In this document: piece by piece, positions 7,754 through 15,649 of the stretch
How the letters are laid out: each line of letters starts with the position of its first letter
How positions within the stretch are numbered: position 1 is the first letter of the stretch
Origin: an uncultured Alphaproteobacteria bacterium
Lineage (GTDB): Bacteria > Pseudomonadota > Alphaproteobacteria > Rs-D84
Assembly (NCBI GenBank): GCA_963931495.1
Contig: OZ007020.1
Span: 300,001-332,000, forward strand
Length of the DNA: 32,000 nt
Reading direction: 5' to 3'
Notes under the pieces: model-generated
Database searches by the model: none
What the model saw: only the letters and a program-made list of their open reading frames with translations
Told to the model about the DNA's origin: nothing
Program-made: the position numbers and the translations under genes

Positions 7754-8434
7754 ATGATTGATACAGATTTTATTCTTGAAAATTCAAATGTGTGCGCAAT
7801 GTGGTGCGCGGCGGGTTGCGAACCCACAGATTTGGCGCATGCGGCAAATACCGCCATAGAGCAGGGGGTGAATACAATATCTGTTGCACCATCGGCGGTC
7901 GCGGTTATATGGCCATGGTTGGAAAACAAGAATATTAAAATTTTGGCGCGATTTTATTTGAAATCTGTGAATTCAGAAACAATGTCTGGCATTACGGCCA
8001 ATATAAATTCTGTGTTCAAACAGGGGGCCGATGGCGCCCAGATTTTCTTGAATTATAACGATATGGACGCGTTCGTATCACAAATTTATGCGATTCGTGA
8101 CGATTTATTTTTTAACAAGCGTTTGTTTATCGGGTTTGATATTACATCTGTGCCGCCATGTGATTGGAATCATGTATGGGACAGTATGCGCCGAATACGC
8201 GCAGATGGAATAATATTCGCGTTCACAAATGATACAGGTGATAATTCAAATTTCGTGGGCCAGGTTTATGGTGCAATGAAGTGCACAGGGAATGAAAATA
8301 AAATGTCTGTGCATTTTGCGCCAATGCAAATGCCGGGCCGATTAGAACAGGCGGCGCGTTTGATTACGGAACTGTGTCCAGAAATGGTTGATAAAATGAA
8401 ATTTTTTATCAAAGACAATCCCCGTGCACAATGA
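7754..8434 (+). CDS. Hypothetical protein; weak resemblance to a DeoC-type class I aldolase TIM barrel without recognisable catalytic lysines
   Basis: 226-aa ORF with AAAGGG upstream of the ATG. TDLAHAANTAIEQGVNTISVAPSAVAVIWPWLENKNIKILA and FKQGADGAQIFLNY resemble the DeoC patterns (A.e.g...vcV.P..v......L......i ; GAdEiD.V). The positions where I would expect the Schiff-base and helper Lys read LFIGFDI and IIFAFTND. Confidence 0.55.
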   Translation: MIDTDFILENSNVCAMWCAAGCEPTDLAHAANTAIEQGVNTISVAPSAVAVIWPWLENKNIKILARFYLKSVNSETMSGITANINSVFKQGADGAQIFLNYNDMDAFVSQIYAIRDDLFFNKRLFIGFDITSVPPCDWNHVWDSMRRIRADGIIFAFTNDTGDNSNFVGQVYGAMKCTGNENKMSVHFAPMQMPGRLEQAARLITELCPEMVDKMKFFIKDNPRAQ

Positions 8435-9050
8435 TGTATTTTGGTGACGCGGTGTTTGCCATGTTTTTTTGTTGGTATCTGGTGTGAACAGTGTTCATAT
8501 TTGGTGTTTCAAATTTAAGTTTTGCGATTTGCAACTGGGATAAAATCCAATCATAATATTCCCAATGATCGGTGCCGATAATAATTTCGCCATCTGTGCT
8601 TAACCGATTCGCCAATGTGCGTAAAAAGTCGGCATTCAGTAATCGGCGCTTTTCATGTCGGGCCTTGGGCCATGGGTCGGGATGCAGAATCCATATTTGT
8701 TCAAACTGCGAATCGGTTTGACGCAAAAAGTCGCGCACATCATCAGCAAAAATACGAATGTTTTTATACTCATCGCGAATCGCACCATTGTCATCTGTGA
8801 TTGCCGACAACAGTGATGCAACACCATTGATAAATGGTTCGGCACCAATTACGATTTTGGCCGGCATTTGCCGGGCAATTTCACGCAAATGTTCACCCGA
8901 ACCAAATCCAATTTCCAGTATTTTGCCGGTATTTGCCGGCAAATTTGTGGGTAAAATTGTTGGTAAAACCCGGTCAATCAGCATTGTTTGACGGGCGGAT
9001 AATTTTTTGCCATGACGGCGGCCAAATGTTCTTAATTCTTGTTTTTCCAT
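8409..9050 (-). CDS. trmB: tRNA (guanine-N7)-methyltransferase
   Basis: FGRRHGKKLSARQ, the SAM-binding LEIGFGSGEHL and the TrmB signature ILHPDPWPKARHEKRRL. Its 3' end overlaps the convergent 7754-8434 ORF by 26 nt. Confidence 0.9.
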   Translation of the reverse strand: MEKQELRTFGRRHGKKLSARQTMLIDRVLPTILPTNLPANTGKILEIGFGSGEHLREIARQMPAKIVIGAEPFINGVASLLSAITDDNGAIRDEYKNIRIFADDVRDFLRQTDSQFEQIWILHPDPWPKARHEKRRLLNADFLRTLANRLSTDGEIIIGTDHWEYYDWILSQLQIAKLKFETPNMNTVHTRYQQKNMANTASPKYIIVHGDCL

Positions 9051-9096
9051 ATATTTAGTATAAAATTCAAAGGTTAATAAAACAAGGATTTATAAA

Positions 9097-9657
9097 ATGA
9101 CCGATTTTCCAAAATCAATAGATTGCGGTGATTTTCGTCTGGAAAAGGTTGCGCCGACGTTTGATGTGGCGCGGTATTTATTTGAATTGGTGGATTCACA
9201 ACGTGAATATATGGCCCAGTGGTTGGAATGGGTGGATAAGTCAAATTGCCCAGAAGATATGTATCCACATTTGTTAAAGGCGTCTGGTATAACCCATCCT
9301 GGGTACTATATCATCGTTGATGATAAAATTGTTGGGGCAATTGATTTGGTCAGGGTGGACGAAAAACACAAAACGGTTGAGATTGGGTATTGGTTATCGC
9401 GTGATTATAATGGGCGCGGGATTATGACGCGTGCGGTGCATGCAATGGAAAAATTGGCGTTTGATATGCTGGGGATGCATCGGGTGGAAATTCGTGCAGA
9501 TGTGCGCAATAAAAAATCATGTGCGGTGGCGGAACGTGCCGGATACGTGTATGAAGGCGTCTTGCGCGGTGCATATGTTTTACGTGGTGTGCCGACGGAC
9601 ATTGCGGTGCGTTCAAAATTAAAATCAGAATGGGAAAAGGAAAATAAAAATGCGTAA
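9097..9657 (+). CDS. GNAT-family N-acetyltransferase (RimJ/RimL-like)
   Basis: 186 aa. The EIGYWLSRDYNGRGIMTRAVHAMEKLAFDMLGMHRVEIRADVRNKKSCAVAERAGYVYEGVLR block is typical of RimJ/RimL-type GNAT acetyltransferases. Confidence 0.85.
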   Translation: MTDFPKSIDCGDFRLEKVAPTFDVARYLFELVDSQREYMAQWLEWVDKSNCPEDMYPHLLKASGITHPGYYIIVDDKIVGAIDLVRVDEKHKTVEIGYWLSRDYNGRGIMTRAVHAMEKLAFDMLGMHRVEIRADVRNKKSCAVAERAGYVYEGVLRGAYVLRGVPTDIAVRSKLKSEWEKENKNA

Positions 9658-11227
9658 AGGTTTATCGCCGGAATTAATCGCACGTGTGTTGGGCGGCGCG
9701 CCAAAATATACTTTGGCAGAACTGGAAGAAAAATTCCCGCCGCGTAATTTGCCGGATGGTGCGTTTGTAACGCGCTTTGCACCAAGTCCCACGGGATATA
9801 TGCATATTGGTGGCCTGTACCAGGCATTGGTTGATTGTAAATTGGCATACGATACGGGCGGGATTTTTATGCTGCGCATTGAAGATACAGATACCAAGCG
9901 TGAAGTGGCAGATGCCGTGAATGTCATTTGTGATTCAATGCGGCAATTTGGTTTGCAATATAATAATATGCCGGAATATGGTCCGTATTACCAATCCCGG
10001 CGGCGCGATATTTATCACAGTGTGGCGGCCGATTTATTGGCGCGTGGTTTGGCGTATCCGTGCTTTTTAACCGCGGACGAGATGGCGCGCATTCGCGAAA
10101 ATCAAAAGGCTGCGGGATTTGCAACCGGCATTTACGGTGAATTTGCGCGCGACCGCGATATTACTGATGATGAAATAATTCGTCGTTTGGACGCCGGCGA
10201 AGTGCCATCTGTTCGTTTGTATTCAACTGGTAACCCCGAACAACGTATTTTCTGTAAAGATGCAGTTCGTGGTTCAATTGGTTTTCCGGAAAATAACGAA
10301 GATATTGTTTTAATTAAATCAAATGACGGTTTGCCGACATATCATTTTGCGCATCTGTGTGATGATCATTTTATGCGCACAACGCATGTTGTGCGTGGCG
10401 AAGAATGGTTGCCGTCATTTCCGCTGCATATTCAATTGTTTCGTATGATGGGATGGATGCCACCGTTATATATTCATACATCCACAATTGATAAAATTGA
10501 TGCGGATACTGGAAAACAGCGAAAATTATCCAAGCGACACGACCCAGAAGCGAATGTTGCGTTCTTTCTGGCCGATGGTTGGCCGACCGAGGCTGTGTTG
10601 GAATATCTGTTTAATATTGCCGCATCTGGGTATGAAGAGGCAAAGAATAAAGGCCAGGTTAAAAATATTTGGGAATACCAATTGCGGCCAAAGAAAATTC
10701 CTATGTCGGGCGCGTTGTTTGATATGAAAAAACTGGAATGGTGGGCGCGTGAATTTATCGGGACGTTGCCGGTTGATGAATTGGCGCGCCGCGTTCGTGA
10801 TTGGGCAAATGAATATGACCCAGTGTGGGCGGCGCGAATCGGTGGTAACCCCGAATATCTGAAAAACATTTTGGCAATTGAACGCGATAATCCAAAGCGT
10901 ATTCGCAAAGATTTTATTACATGGAAACAGACTTTGGACGAAGTGTCTTATTTTTGGGACGATTTGTTTGCGCCGAATACCGAATATGCGTTTAATCACG
11001 ATTTACTGCGCGCGTTTTTGAAAACATTTGATATTTGCGATGATAAAGACGCGTGGTGGAATAAAATTGTTGCGATTGCGGCGGCCACGGGCGTGAAAAA
11101 TGGTGATGTTGCCATGAATCTGCGTGTGGCGGTAACGGGGCGCACAAATACCCCGGATCTGTATTCAATTATGCAGGTTATGGGCGCAGATCGGGTTGTG
11201 TCACGAATTCAGGGGATGTTAAAATGA
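9650..11227 (+). CDS. gltX: Glutamate--tRNA ligase (class I)
   Basis: RFAPSPTGYMHIGG (HIGH motif), LRIEDTD and KLSKRH (KMSKS motif). 8-nt overlap with the upstream GNAT gene. Confidence 0.92.
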   Translation: MRKGLSPELIARVLGGAPKYTLAELEEKFPPRNLPDGAFVTRFAPSPTGYMHIGGLYQALVDCKLAYDTGGIFMLRIEDTDTKREVADAVNVICDSMRQFGLQYNNMPEYGPYYQSRRRDIYHSVAADLLARGLAYPCFLTADEMARIRENQKAAGFATGIYGEFARDRDITDDEIIRRLDAGEVPSVRLYSTGNPEQRIFCKDAVRGSIGFPENNEDIVLIKSNDGLPTYHFAHLCDDHFMRTTHVVRGEEWLPSFPLHIQLFRMMGWMPPLYIHTSTIDKIDADTGKQRKLSKRHDPEANVAFFLADGWPTEAVLEYLFNIAASGYEEAKNKGQVKNIWEYQLRPKKIPMSGALFDMKKLEWWAREFIGTLPVDELARRVRDWANEYDPVWAARIGGNPEYLKNILAIERDNPKRIRKDFITWKQTLDEVSYFWDDLFAPNTEYAFNHDLLRAFLKTFDICDDKDAWWNKIVAIAAATGVKNGDVAMNLRVAVTGRTNTPDLYSIMQVMGADRVVSRIQGMLK

Positions 11228-11970
11228 CAAAATCAAGACAGGTTACGCGTAAGCAGTTAAAAGAAGTTAAATCCGATTCGCGTGCGAATCGTTTGTTGCG
11301 TATTTTGCGTGCAACGGGGCTGTTTCGCTGGGAACGCCCCAGCACCCATGCCGAAGAAGTGTTAAATATATTAACACATGGTATTGGGGTTGGGTTGGCA
11401 ATTGCGGGATTGACGTTGTTGGTTGTGTTTGCGGCGTTGGCGCATAATCCGTGGGCGGTTGTATCCTGCGCGATTTTTGGCGCGACGATGATAACGCTGT
11501 ATTTCGGTTCCACAATGTGCCATGCGACAATCGGACGACGTGGCGAAAGTTTTTTTGAAGTATGGGACAGTGTTGCCATTTATGCATTGATTGCCGGTAC
11601 ATATACGCCGTTTTTGTTGGTAAATTTGCGTGGCGGATTGGGATGGACTGTGTTCGGTATTTTGTGGGCCATTGTGATTTTTGGCGCAATTATGAAAATT
11701 CGCAGTCCAAAGCAGCAACCAAAATGGATGGTGGCGCTGTATCTGGTTATGGGGTGGACGTTGCTGTTCATATTGCCGGCAATGTTGCATAATATCCCGC
11801 CGCGCGGGTTGTGGTTTATTCTGGCGGGTGGACTGTCTTATTCGCTGGGGGTCATATTTTACCTGTGGCGAAAAATGAAGTTTTCGCATGCGGTGTGGCA
11901 TTTGTTTGTAATCGGGGGCAGTGTGTGTTTCTTTTTCGCCGTGTTGTTTGGATGTATAATTGACTTTTAA
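11224..11970 (+). CDS. Hemolysin III / PAQR-family membrane protein
   Basis: Seven hydrophobic segments. It has the N-terminal EEVLNILTHGIGVGLAIAG and a C-terminal HAVWHLFVIGGSVCFF typical of Hly-III/YqfA. ATGA overlap with gltX. The true start could be further downstream. Confidence 0.85.
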   Translation: MTKSRQVTRKQLKEVKSDSRANRLLRILRATGLFRWERPSTHAEEVLNILTHGIGVGLAIAGLTLLVVFAALAHNPWAVVSCAIFGATMITLYFGSTMCHATIGRRGESFFEVWDSVAIYALIAGTYTPFLLVNLRGGLGWTVFGILWAIVIFGAIMKIRSPKQQPKWMVALYLVMGWTLLFILPAMLHNIPPRGLWFILAGGLSYSLGVIFYLWRKMKFSHAVWHLFVIGGSVCFFFAVLFGCIIDF

Positions 11971-12129
11971 CGGGACAGTATCCAGATTTTATGTTGAATA
12001 AATTATGTGATTTTGTATAAAATACATGGGAATTTTATCCTGATAAGGAAACAAGTATGAAATTACAAAAGTTTTTTGTAAATCTGTTATGTGCATTTGT
12101 TCCGGTAAAAAAATCGTGGATTAAGTTTG

Positions 12130-12158
12130 TTGACATTTTGTGGTATTAGTATTATTAT
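12130..12158 (+). promoter_or_regulatory. Candidate sigma70-type promoter in the thrS upstream region
   Basis: -35 TTGACA (12130-12135), a 17-nt spacer, then -10 TATTAT (12153-12158). The predicted start near 12165 is only about 4 nt before the ATG of the Thr-rich mini-ORF. Confidence 0.45.
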
Positions 12159-12168
12159 TCAATCTGTT

Positions 12169-12228
12169 ATGAAAAAAATTGGTTTCTTGTTCGTTACAAT
12201 AACAACCACAACCCCCACGGGGGTATAA
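12169..12228 (+). CDS. Candidate Thr-rich leader peptide (19 aa) upstream of thrS
   Basis: ATG AAA AAA ATT GGT TTC TTG TTC GTT ACA ATA ACA ACC ACA ACC CCC ACG GGG GTA TAA = MKKIGFLFVTITTTTPTGV*. Six of the 19 codons are Thr. No SD, consistent with a near-leaderless transcript from the promoter above. A GC hairpin (ACCCC-CACG-GGGGT, 12211-12224) covers the last Thr codons. Confidence 0.4.
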   Translation: MKKIGFLFVTITTTTPTGV

Positions 12229-12310
12229 GATTTCTATTTGCGCATTGGCGCGTTCAGTGTAATAATCAATAACAATTCGTTTAATTTTTTTATAACAAGG
12301 GGATTTTATT

Positions 12311-14044
12311 ATGTCTTATCCGATTGAAACGATTCGTCATTCGTTGGCACACGTTATGGCGGCGGCGGTACAAAAGTTGTACCCAGATGTTAAATTTGCC
12401 GGGGGGCCGGCGATTGAAAACGGCTTTTATTATGATTTTGATACAGAACATCGTTTTTCCGAAGAAGACTTTGAAAAGATAGAACGCGAAATGCGTGAAC
12501 TGATTAAATCAAATGGCCGATTTGAACAACGTAATGTCAGTCTGGATGAAGCCAAGCAGATTTTTGCCGCACAACCGTACAAGATGGAATGGTTGAATGA
12601 ATACGATGCCGCTGGCGAAGCGTTGTCTGTGTATACTTTCCGCGATTTTGTGGATTTATGTCGTGGGCCACACGTTGAAAGTTCCAAGGATTTACCACGC
12701 GATTCGTTCAAAATTCGTACTGTTGCGGGTGCATACTGGAAAGGTGACGCAAAAAATAAAATGTTGCAACGTATATATGTTGATGCGTTCGCAACCAAAG
12801 AAGAATTAGATGAATTCTTGAAAATGCAAGAAGAAGCCGCCGCGCGCGATAACCGTAAACTGGGCAAGGATATGGATTTATTCCATTTTGAACCAGATTA
12901 TGCCCCGGGTGCGGTATTCTGGCACGACAAAGGGTACAAAATTTATCGCCGTCTGATTGATTATATCCGTCATCGCCAAGAAATGGCCGGTTATCAAGAA
13001 ATTTCAACCCCGTCTGTTATGGACAGATCACTGTGGGAACGCAGTGGACATTGGGCAAAATATGGTGAACATAATTATTCCGGAAAAACCCAGGATGGAA
13101 AAACTTTTTGTGTAAAGCCGATGTCTTGTCCGGGCGGAATGCTGGTCTTTGGCCAGGGTATCAAATCGTACAAAGATTTGCCGTTGTATTTGGCGGAATT
13201 CGGTAAAGTTTGCCGGTACGAGGCCGCTGGTGGGCTGTCGGGATTAATGCGTGTGCGCGAATTTACCCAAGACGATGCGCATATTTTCTGTACCGAAGAA
13301 CAATTGGAAGAAGAAGTTGTAAAAATATTACGCTTTATCAAAGATATTTATGGCAAGTTTGGTTTTACAAATATTTCCATGAAATTGGCAACGCGCAAGG
13401 AATCAGAGTTCCGTATCGGGTCTGATGAAATTTGGGACAAGGCCGAAGGCGCGTTAAAGCATGCGTTGGATGCAAATGGTATTGAATATGAAATTGCGCC
13501 AGGGGATGCTGCGTTTTATGGACCAAAAATTGATAATTATTTGAAAGATGCGCTGGGGCGCACGTGGCAGTGTGGTACCGTGCAATTGGATATGAATTTG
13601 CCAGAACGATTTGATTTATCATATATTGGTGAAGATGGTGAAAAACATCGTCCGATTATGTTGCACCGCGCAATGTTGGGTTCAATTGAACGTTTTATGG
13701 GAATATTACTGGAATCTACGGGTGGTAATTTGCCACTGTGGTTATCCCCAGAACCAGTTGTGGTAACACCAATTTCAGAAAAGTATCGTGACTATGCAAC
13801 GGATGTTGTGAACCGTTTGCGGAATGCCGGTGTGTATGCGCGTGCAGATTTACGTGATGAAAAAGTAAACTATAAAATCCGTGAACTGTCACTGGCCAAG
13901 ACGCCGATTATCGCAATCGTTGGCGAAAAAGAAATGGAAAATAATACCGTGACTTTGCGTCATCTGGGTGTGGAAAAACAAGAAACGATGCCTGTGGACG
14001 AATTTGTCGCCAGTATGGCCGATGCCGTGAAATTGCCGGCGTAA
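12311..14044 (+). CDS. thrS: Threonine--tRNA ligase, lacking the N-terminal TGS domain
   Basis: It starts at MSYPIETIRHSLAHVMAAAV (the HxxxH editing motif). It also has CRGPHV, MSCPGG, FTQDDAHIF, GTVQLD and MLHRA (class II and zinc-site contexts) plus a C-terminal anticodon-binding domain. SD AAGGGGA upstream. 577 aa. Confidence 0.93.
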   Translation: MSYPIETIRHSLAHVMAAAVQKLYPDVKFAGGPAIENGFYYDFDTEHRFSEEDFEKIEREMRELIKSNGRFEQRNVSLDEAKQIFAAQPYKMEWLNEYDAAGEALSVYTFRDFVDLCRGPHVESSKDLPRDSFKIRTVAGAYWKGDAKNKMLQRIYVDAFATKEELDEFLKMQEEAAARDNRKLGKDMDLFHFEPDYAPGAVFWHDKGYKIYRRLIDYIRHRQEMAGYQEISTPSVMDRSLWERSGHWAKYGEHNYSGKTQDGKTFCVKPMSCPGGMLVFGQGIKSYKDLPLYLAEFGKVCRYEAAGGLSGLMRVREFTQDDAHIFCTEEQLEEEVVKILRFIKDIYGKFGFTNISMKLATRKESEFRIGSDEIWDKAEGALKHALDANGIEYEIAPGDAAFYGPKIDNYLKDALGRTWQCGTVQLDMNLPERFDLSYIGEDGEKHRPIMLHRAMLGSIERFMGILLESTGGNLPLWLSPEPVVVTPISEKYRDYATDVVNRLRNAGVYARADLRDEKVNYKIRELSLAKTPIIAIVGEKEMENNTVTLRHLGVEKQETMPVDEFVASMADAVKLPA

Positions 14045-14051
14045 TAAATAT

Positions 14052-14075
14052 ATGGCGCGCTTGTAAACGCGCCAT
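14052..14075 (+). terminator. Hairpin downstream of thrS (possible terminator)
   Basis: ATGGCGCG (14052-14059) / loop CTTGTAAA / CGCGCCAT (14068-14075) forms a perfect 8-bp stem. The tail TATAATTGTAT is only moderately T-rich. Confidence 0.45.
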
Positions 14076-14100
14076 TATAATTGTATGCAAAGGGGGTCAT

Positions 14101-14244
14101 ATGAAAAAAGCAATATTATTGTTGGTGTTGTTTGTTGTGCCAATGGCATTGTCGGCGTGCGCAACAAGTTGTGAAACAGAACCAATTGTTGAAGAAAATC
14201 ATAAACTGATTGTGCCGCCGAATTTTGGACAAATGCCAAAATAA
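14101..14244 (+). CDS. Small lipoprotein (47 aa), possibly DUF3035/BamF-like
   Basis: My own ORF call; it is below the track's size cutoff. AGGGGG is followed by the ATG at 14101. MKKAILLLVLFVVPMALSAC has a lipobox (LSAC). The mature part ends HKLIVPPNFGQMPK, reminiscent of the PL.vPP.f.LP tail of DUF3035 lipoproteins. Confidence 0.5.
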   Translation: MKKAILLLVLFVVPMALSACATSCETEPIVEENHKLIVPPNFGQMPK

Positions 14245-14259
14245 CGTGCGAGATATTCT

Positions 14260-14287
14260 TTGTTATTTGCGCTTTTTGTGGTATAAT
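14260..14287 (+). promoter_or_regulatory. Candidate promoter with extended -10 for the SPOR gene
   Basis: -35 TTGTTA (14260-14265), a 16-nt spacer, then TGgTATAAT (14279-14287). AAGGGGA SD and the ATG at 14316 lie downstream. Confidence 0.5.
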
Positions 14288-14315
14288 GTACCGTAAAGCA
14301 TAAGGGGAATCCGCC

Positions 14316-15146
14316 ATGAATAATGATGATAACAATCTGGACCTGTTGGATTTGAATGATGATGCAGATACGTTGGATGACAATCTGCCGGATGCGGCGC
14401 CGTTTACCAATCCGCGCCCGAAAAAGCCGTGGCTGTTGTTAGCGGTTGGGGTGTTGGTAATTATTTTGGCGACGTATATTATTATTCGCACAATTGGTGG
14501 CGATTCTTCATCTTCTATGGAGGTGGATTTAGACGCACCCGCAATCGTCGTAGAAGGACAAGATGGTCCAATCGCGGATGCGGCGCTTGATGTGCCAAGC
14601 GTTCCGGCGGCTGTTGCGCCGGCGCCACAACCCGCGCCGGCACCAAAAAATGATGCACGTGTGCAACCGGCGCCTGTACCAGTACCAGCACCGCAACCCG
14701 CGGTAAAGCCGGTACCACAGCCTGCGCCACAACCGGTGGCCCAAAATGCAACCCCGGGTGTGCCAGTGCGTGTCATAGAAGACAGAAAAGATGTTACATT
14801 TAATCCGGAACGCGTTCAATCGGCGCCGGCACCGGCACCAAAACCGGCCGCCACACAACCGGCACGTCGTGCAGCGCAACCCGCCGCAACGGCGCCGCGT
14901 AATGGTGGTTGGTATGTTCAGTTTGGATCGTACAGCACGCGCGCATCGGCCGAAGCCGGCCAGCGTCAATTACAAAATGGACATCGCAGTTTGTTTGCAG
15001 GACGCCAGTTTGTAATCTTGGCCGCTGTTTTGCCAAATGGATCAACAACGTATCGTTTGCGGGTGGCGTTTGATACATCGGCAAATGCAAATGCGTTTTG
15101 TCGCAATGCCAAGTCGGATGGTGTTGATTGTTATGTAACAAAGTAA
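14316..15146 (+). CDS. SPOR domain-containing protein (septal peptidoglycan binding) with a TM anchor and Pro/Ala-rich linker
   Basis: TM segment WLLLAVGVLVIILATYIIIRTI. Linker PAPQPAPAPK...PAPVPVPAPQPAVKPVPQPAPQP. C-terminal GGWYVQFGSYSTRASAEAGQRQL...YRLRVAFDTSANANAFCRNAKSDGVDCYVT is a typical SPOR domain. Confidence 0.85.
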   Translation: MNNDDNNLDLLDLNDDADTLDDNLPDAAPFTNPRPKKPWLLLAVGVLVIILATYIIIRTIGGDSSSSMEVDLDAPAIVVEGQDGPIADAALDVPSVPAAVAPAPQPAPAPKNDARVQPAPVPVPAPQPAVKPVPQPAPQPVAQNATPGVPVRVIEDRKDVTFNPERVQSAPAPAPKPAATQPARRAAQPAATAPRNGGWYVQFGSYSTRASAEAGQRQLQNGHRSLFAGRQFVILAAVLPNGSTTYRLRVAFDTSANANAFCRNAKSDGVDCYVTK

Positions 15147-15161
15147 TTTTGGGGGATAAAA

Positions 15162-15386
15162 ATGTTTGGACGATTTGGTTGGGCCGAAATACTGGTCATT
15201 GTTGTGTTGGTGCTGATTCTGTTTGGGCATAACAAGATTCCCGGCATGATGAAGAATTTGGCCGATGGTATTAATACATTTAAAAAAGAGATAAAAAATC
15301 GGTCGCAAAAAGATGCGAAAAAGCCGGTAAAGGCCGGGGACGGGGCCAAGAAAAAATCTGTGAAAAAAGCCCCAGCAAAAAAGTAA
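15162..15386 (+). CDS. tatA: Twin-arginine translocase subunit TatA/E
   Basis: MFGRFGWAEILVIVVLVLILFGHNKIPGMMKNLADGINTFKKEI shows the TatA N-terminal TM, hinge FG and amphipathic helix, followed by a Lys-rich tail. Confidence 0.85.
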   Translation: MFGRFGWAEILVIVVLVLILFGHNKIPGMMKNLADGINTFKKEIKNRSQKDAKKPVKAGDGAKKKSVKKAPAKK

Positions 15387-15406
15387 ATTCCGATTCGTTT
15401 TTGTTT

Positions 15407-15436
15407 ATGCGTGGTTGTGTGCCACGCATTTTTTTG
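15407..15436 (+). terminator. Rho-independent terminator after tatA
   Basis: ATGCGTGG (15407-15414) / loop TTGTGTG / CCACGCAT (15422-15429), followed by TTTTTTG. Confidence 0.7.
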
Positions 15437-15544
15437 TATGCTTGCGTATAGTAAAATCACAAGTGATATGGTGTGTTGCCGTATTTGGGTGTCAAAACCC
15501 GTAACATAGCGTCGCGAATGCGATGAAAAGTGTCTCTAACCACA

Positions 15545-15553
15545 GGGGGGGGG
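15545..15553. repeat. Homopolymeric G9 tract (C9 on the minus strand)
   Basis: cacaGGGGGGGGGatgg. It is flanked by AACCA / TGGTT, which can pair and place the G run in a loop. It lies 118 nt upstream of the ATG at 15671. Confidence 0.9.
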
Positions 15554-15622
15554 ATGGTTCGTGAATAATGCGTTTTTGCAAAATAAGCACACTGATACTA
15601 TGTTTTAGTCTTGAACCGCCAG

Positions 15623-15649
15623 CCACCTGAATGTTTCCGGTGGTTTTTT
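15623..15649 (+). terminator. Terminator-like hairpin plus T6 immediately upstream of the cysteine-rich protein gene (attenuator or 3' end of an sRNA?)
   Basis: CCACC (15623-15627) / 11-nt loop / GGTGG (15639-15643), followed by TTTTTT (15644-15649). The stem is only 5 bp, so this is a weak call. The SD GGGGG and the ATG follow within 25 nt. Confidence 0.35.

Noticed and set aside
12057-12149. 30-codon ORF MKLQKFFVNLLCAFVPVKKSWIKFVDILWY with a decent SD (AAGGAA) in the hlyIII-thrS gap
   Set aside because: It could be a remnant N-terminus; the LLC.F.P.KK motif recalls N-termini of some glycosyltransferase-like genes in low-GC bacteria. It is too short, ends abruptly, and overlaps the candidate -35 of the thrS leader promoter. 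I cannot support it as a gene.
14075-14776. 233-aa minus-strand ORF (Gly/Ala/Cys/Thr-rich), the longest unexplained ORF in the track
   Set aside because: It is antisense to the thrS terminator region, the small lipoprotein gene and the Pro/Ala-rich linker of the SPOR gene. The GC-rich CCN/GCN codons on the + strand keep the antisense frame stop-free. The product is low-complexity, and the + strand genes have clear signal/TM, SPOR and SD features.
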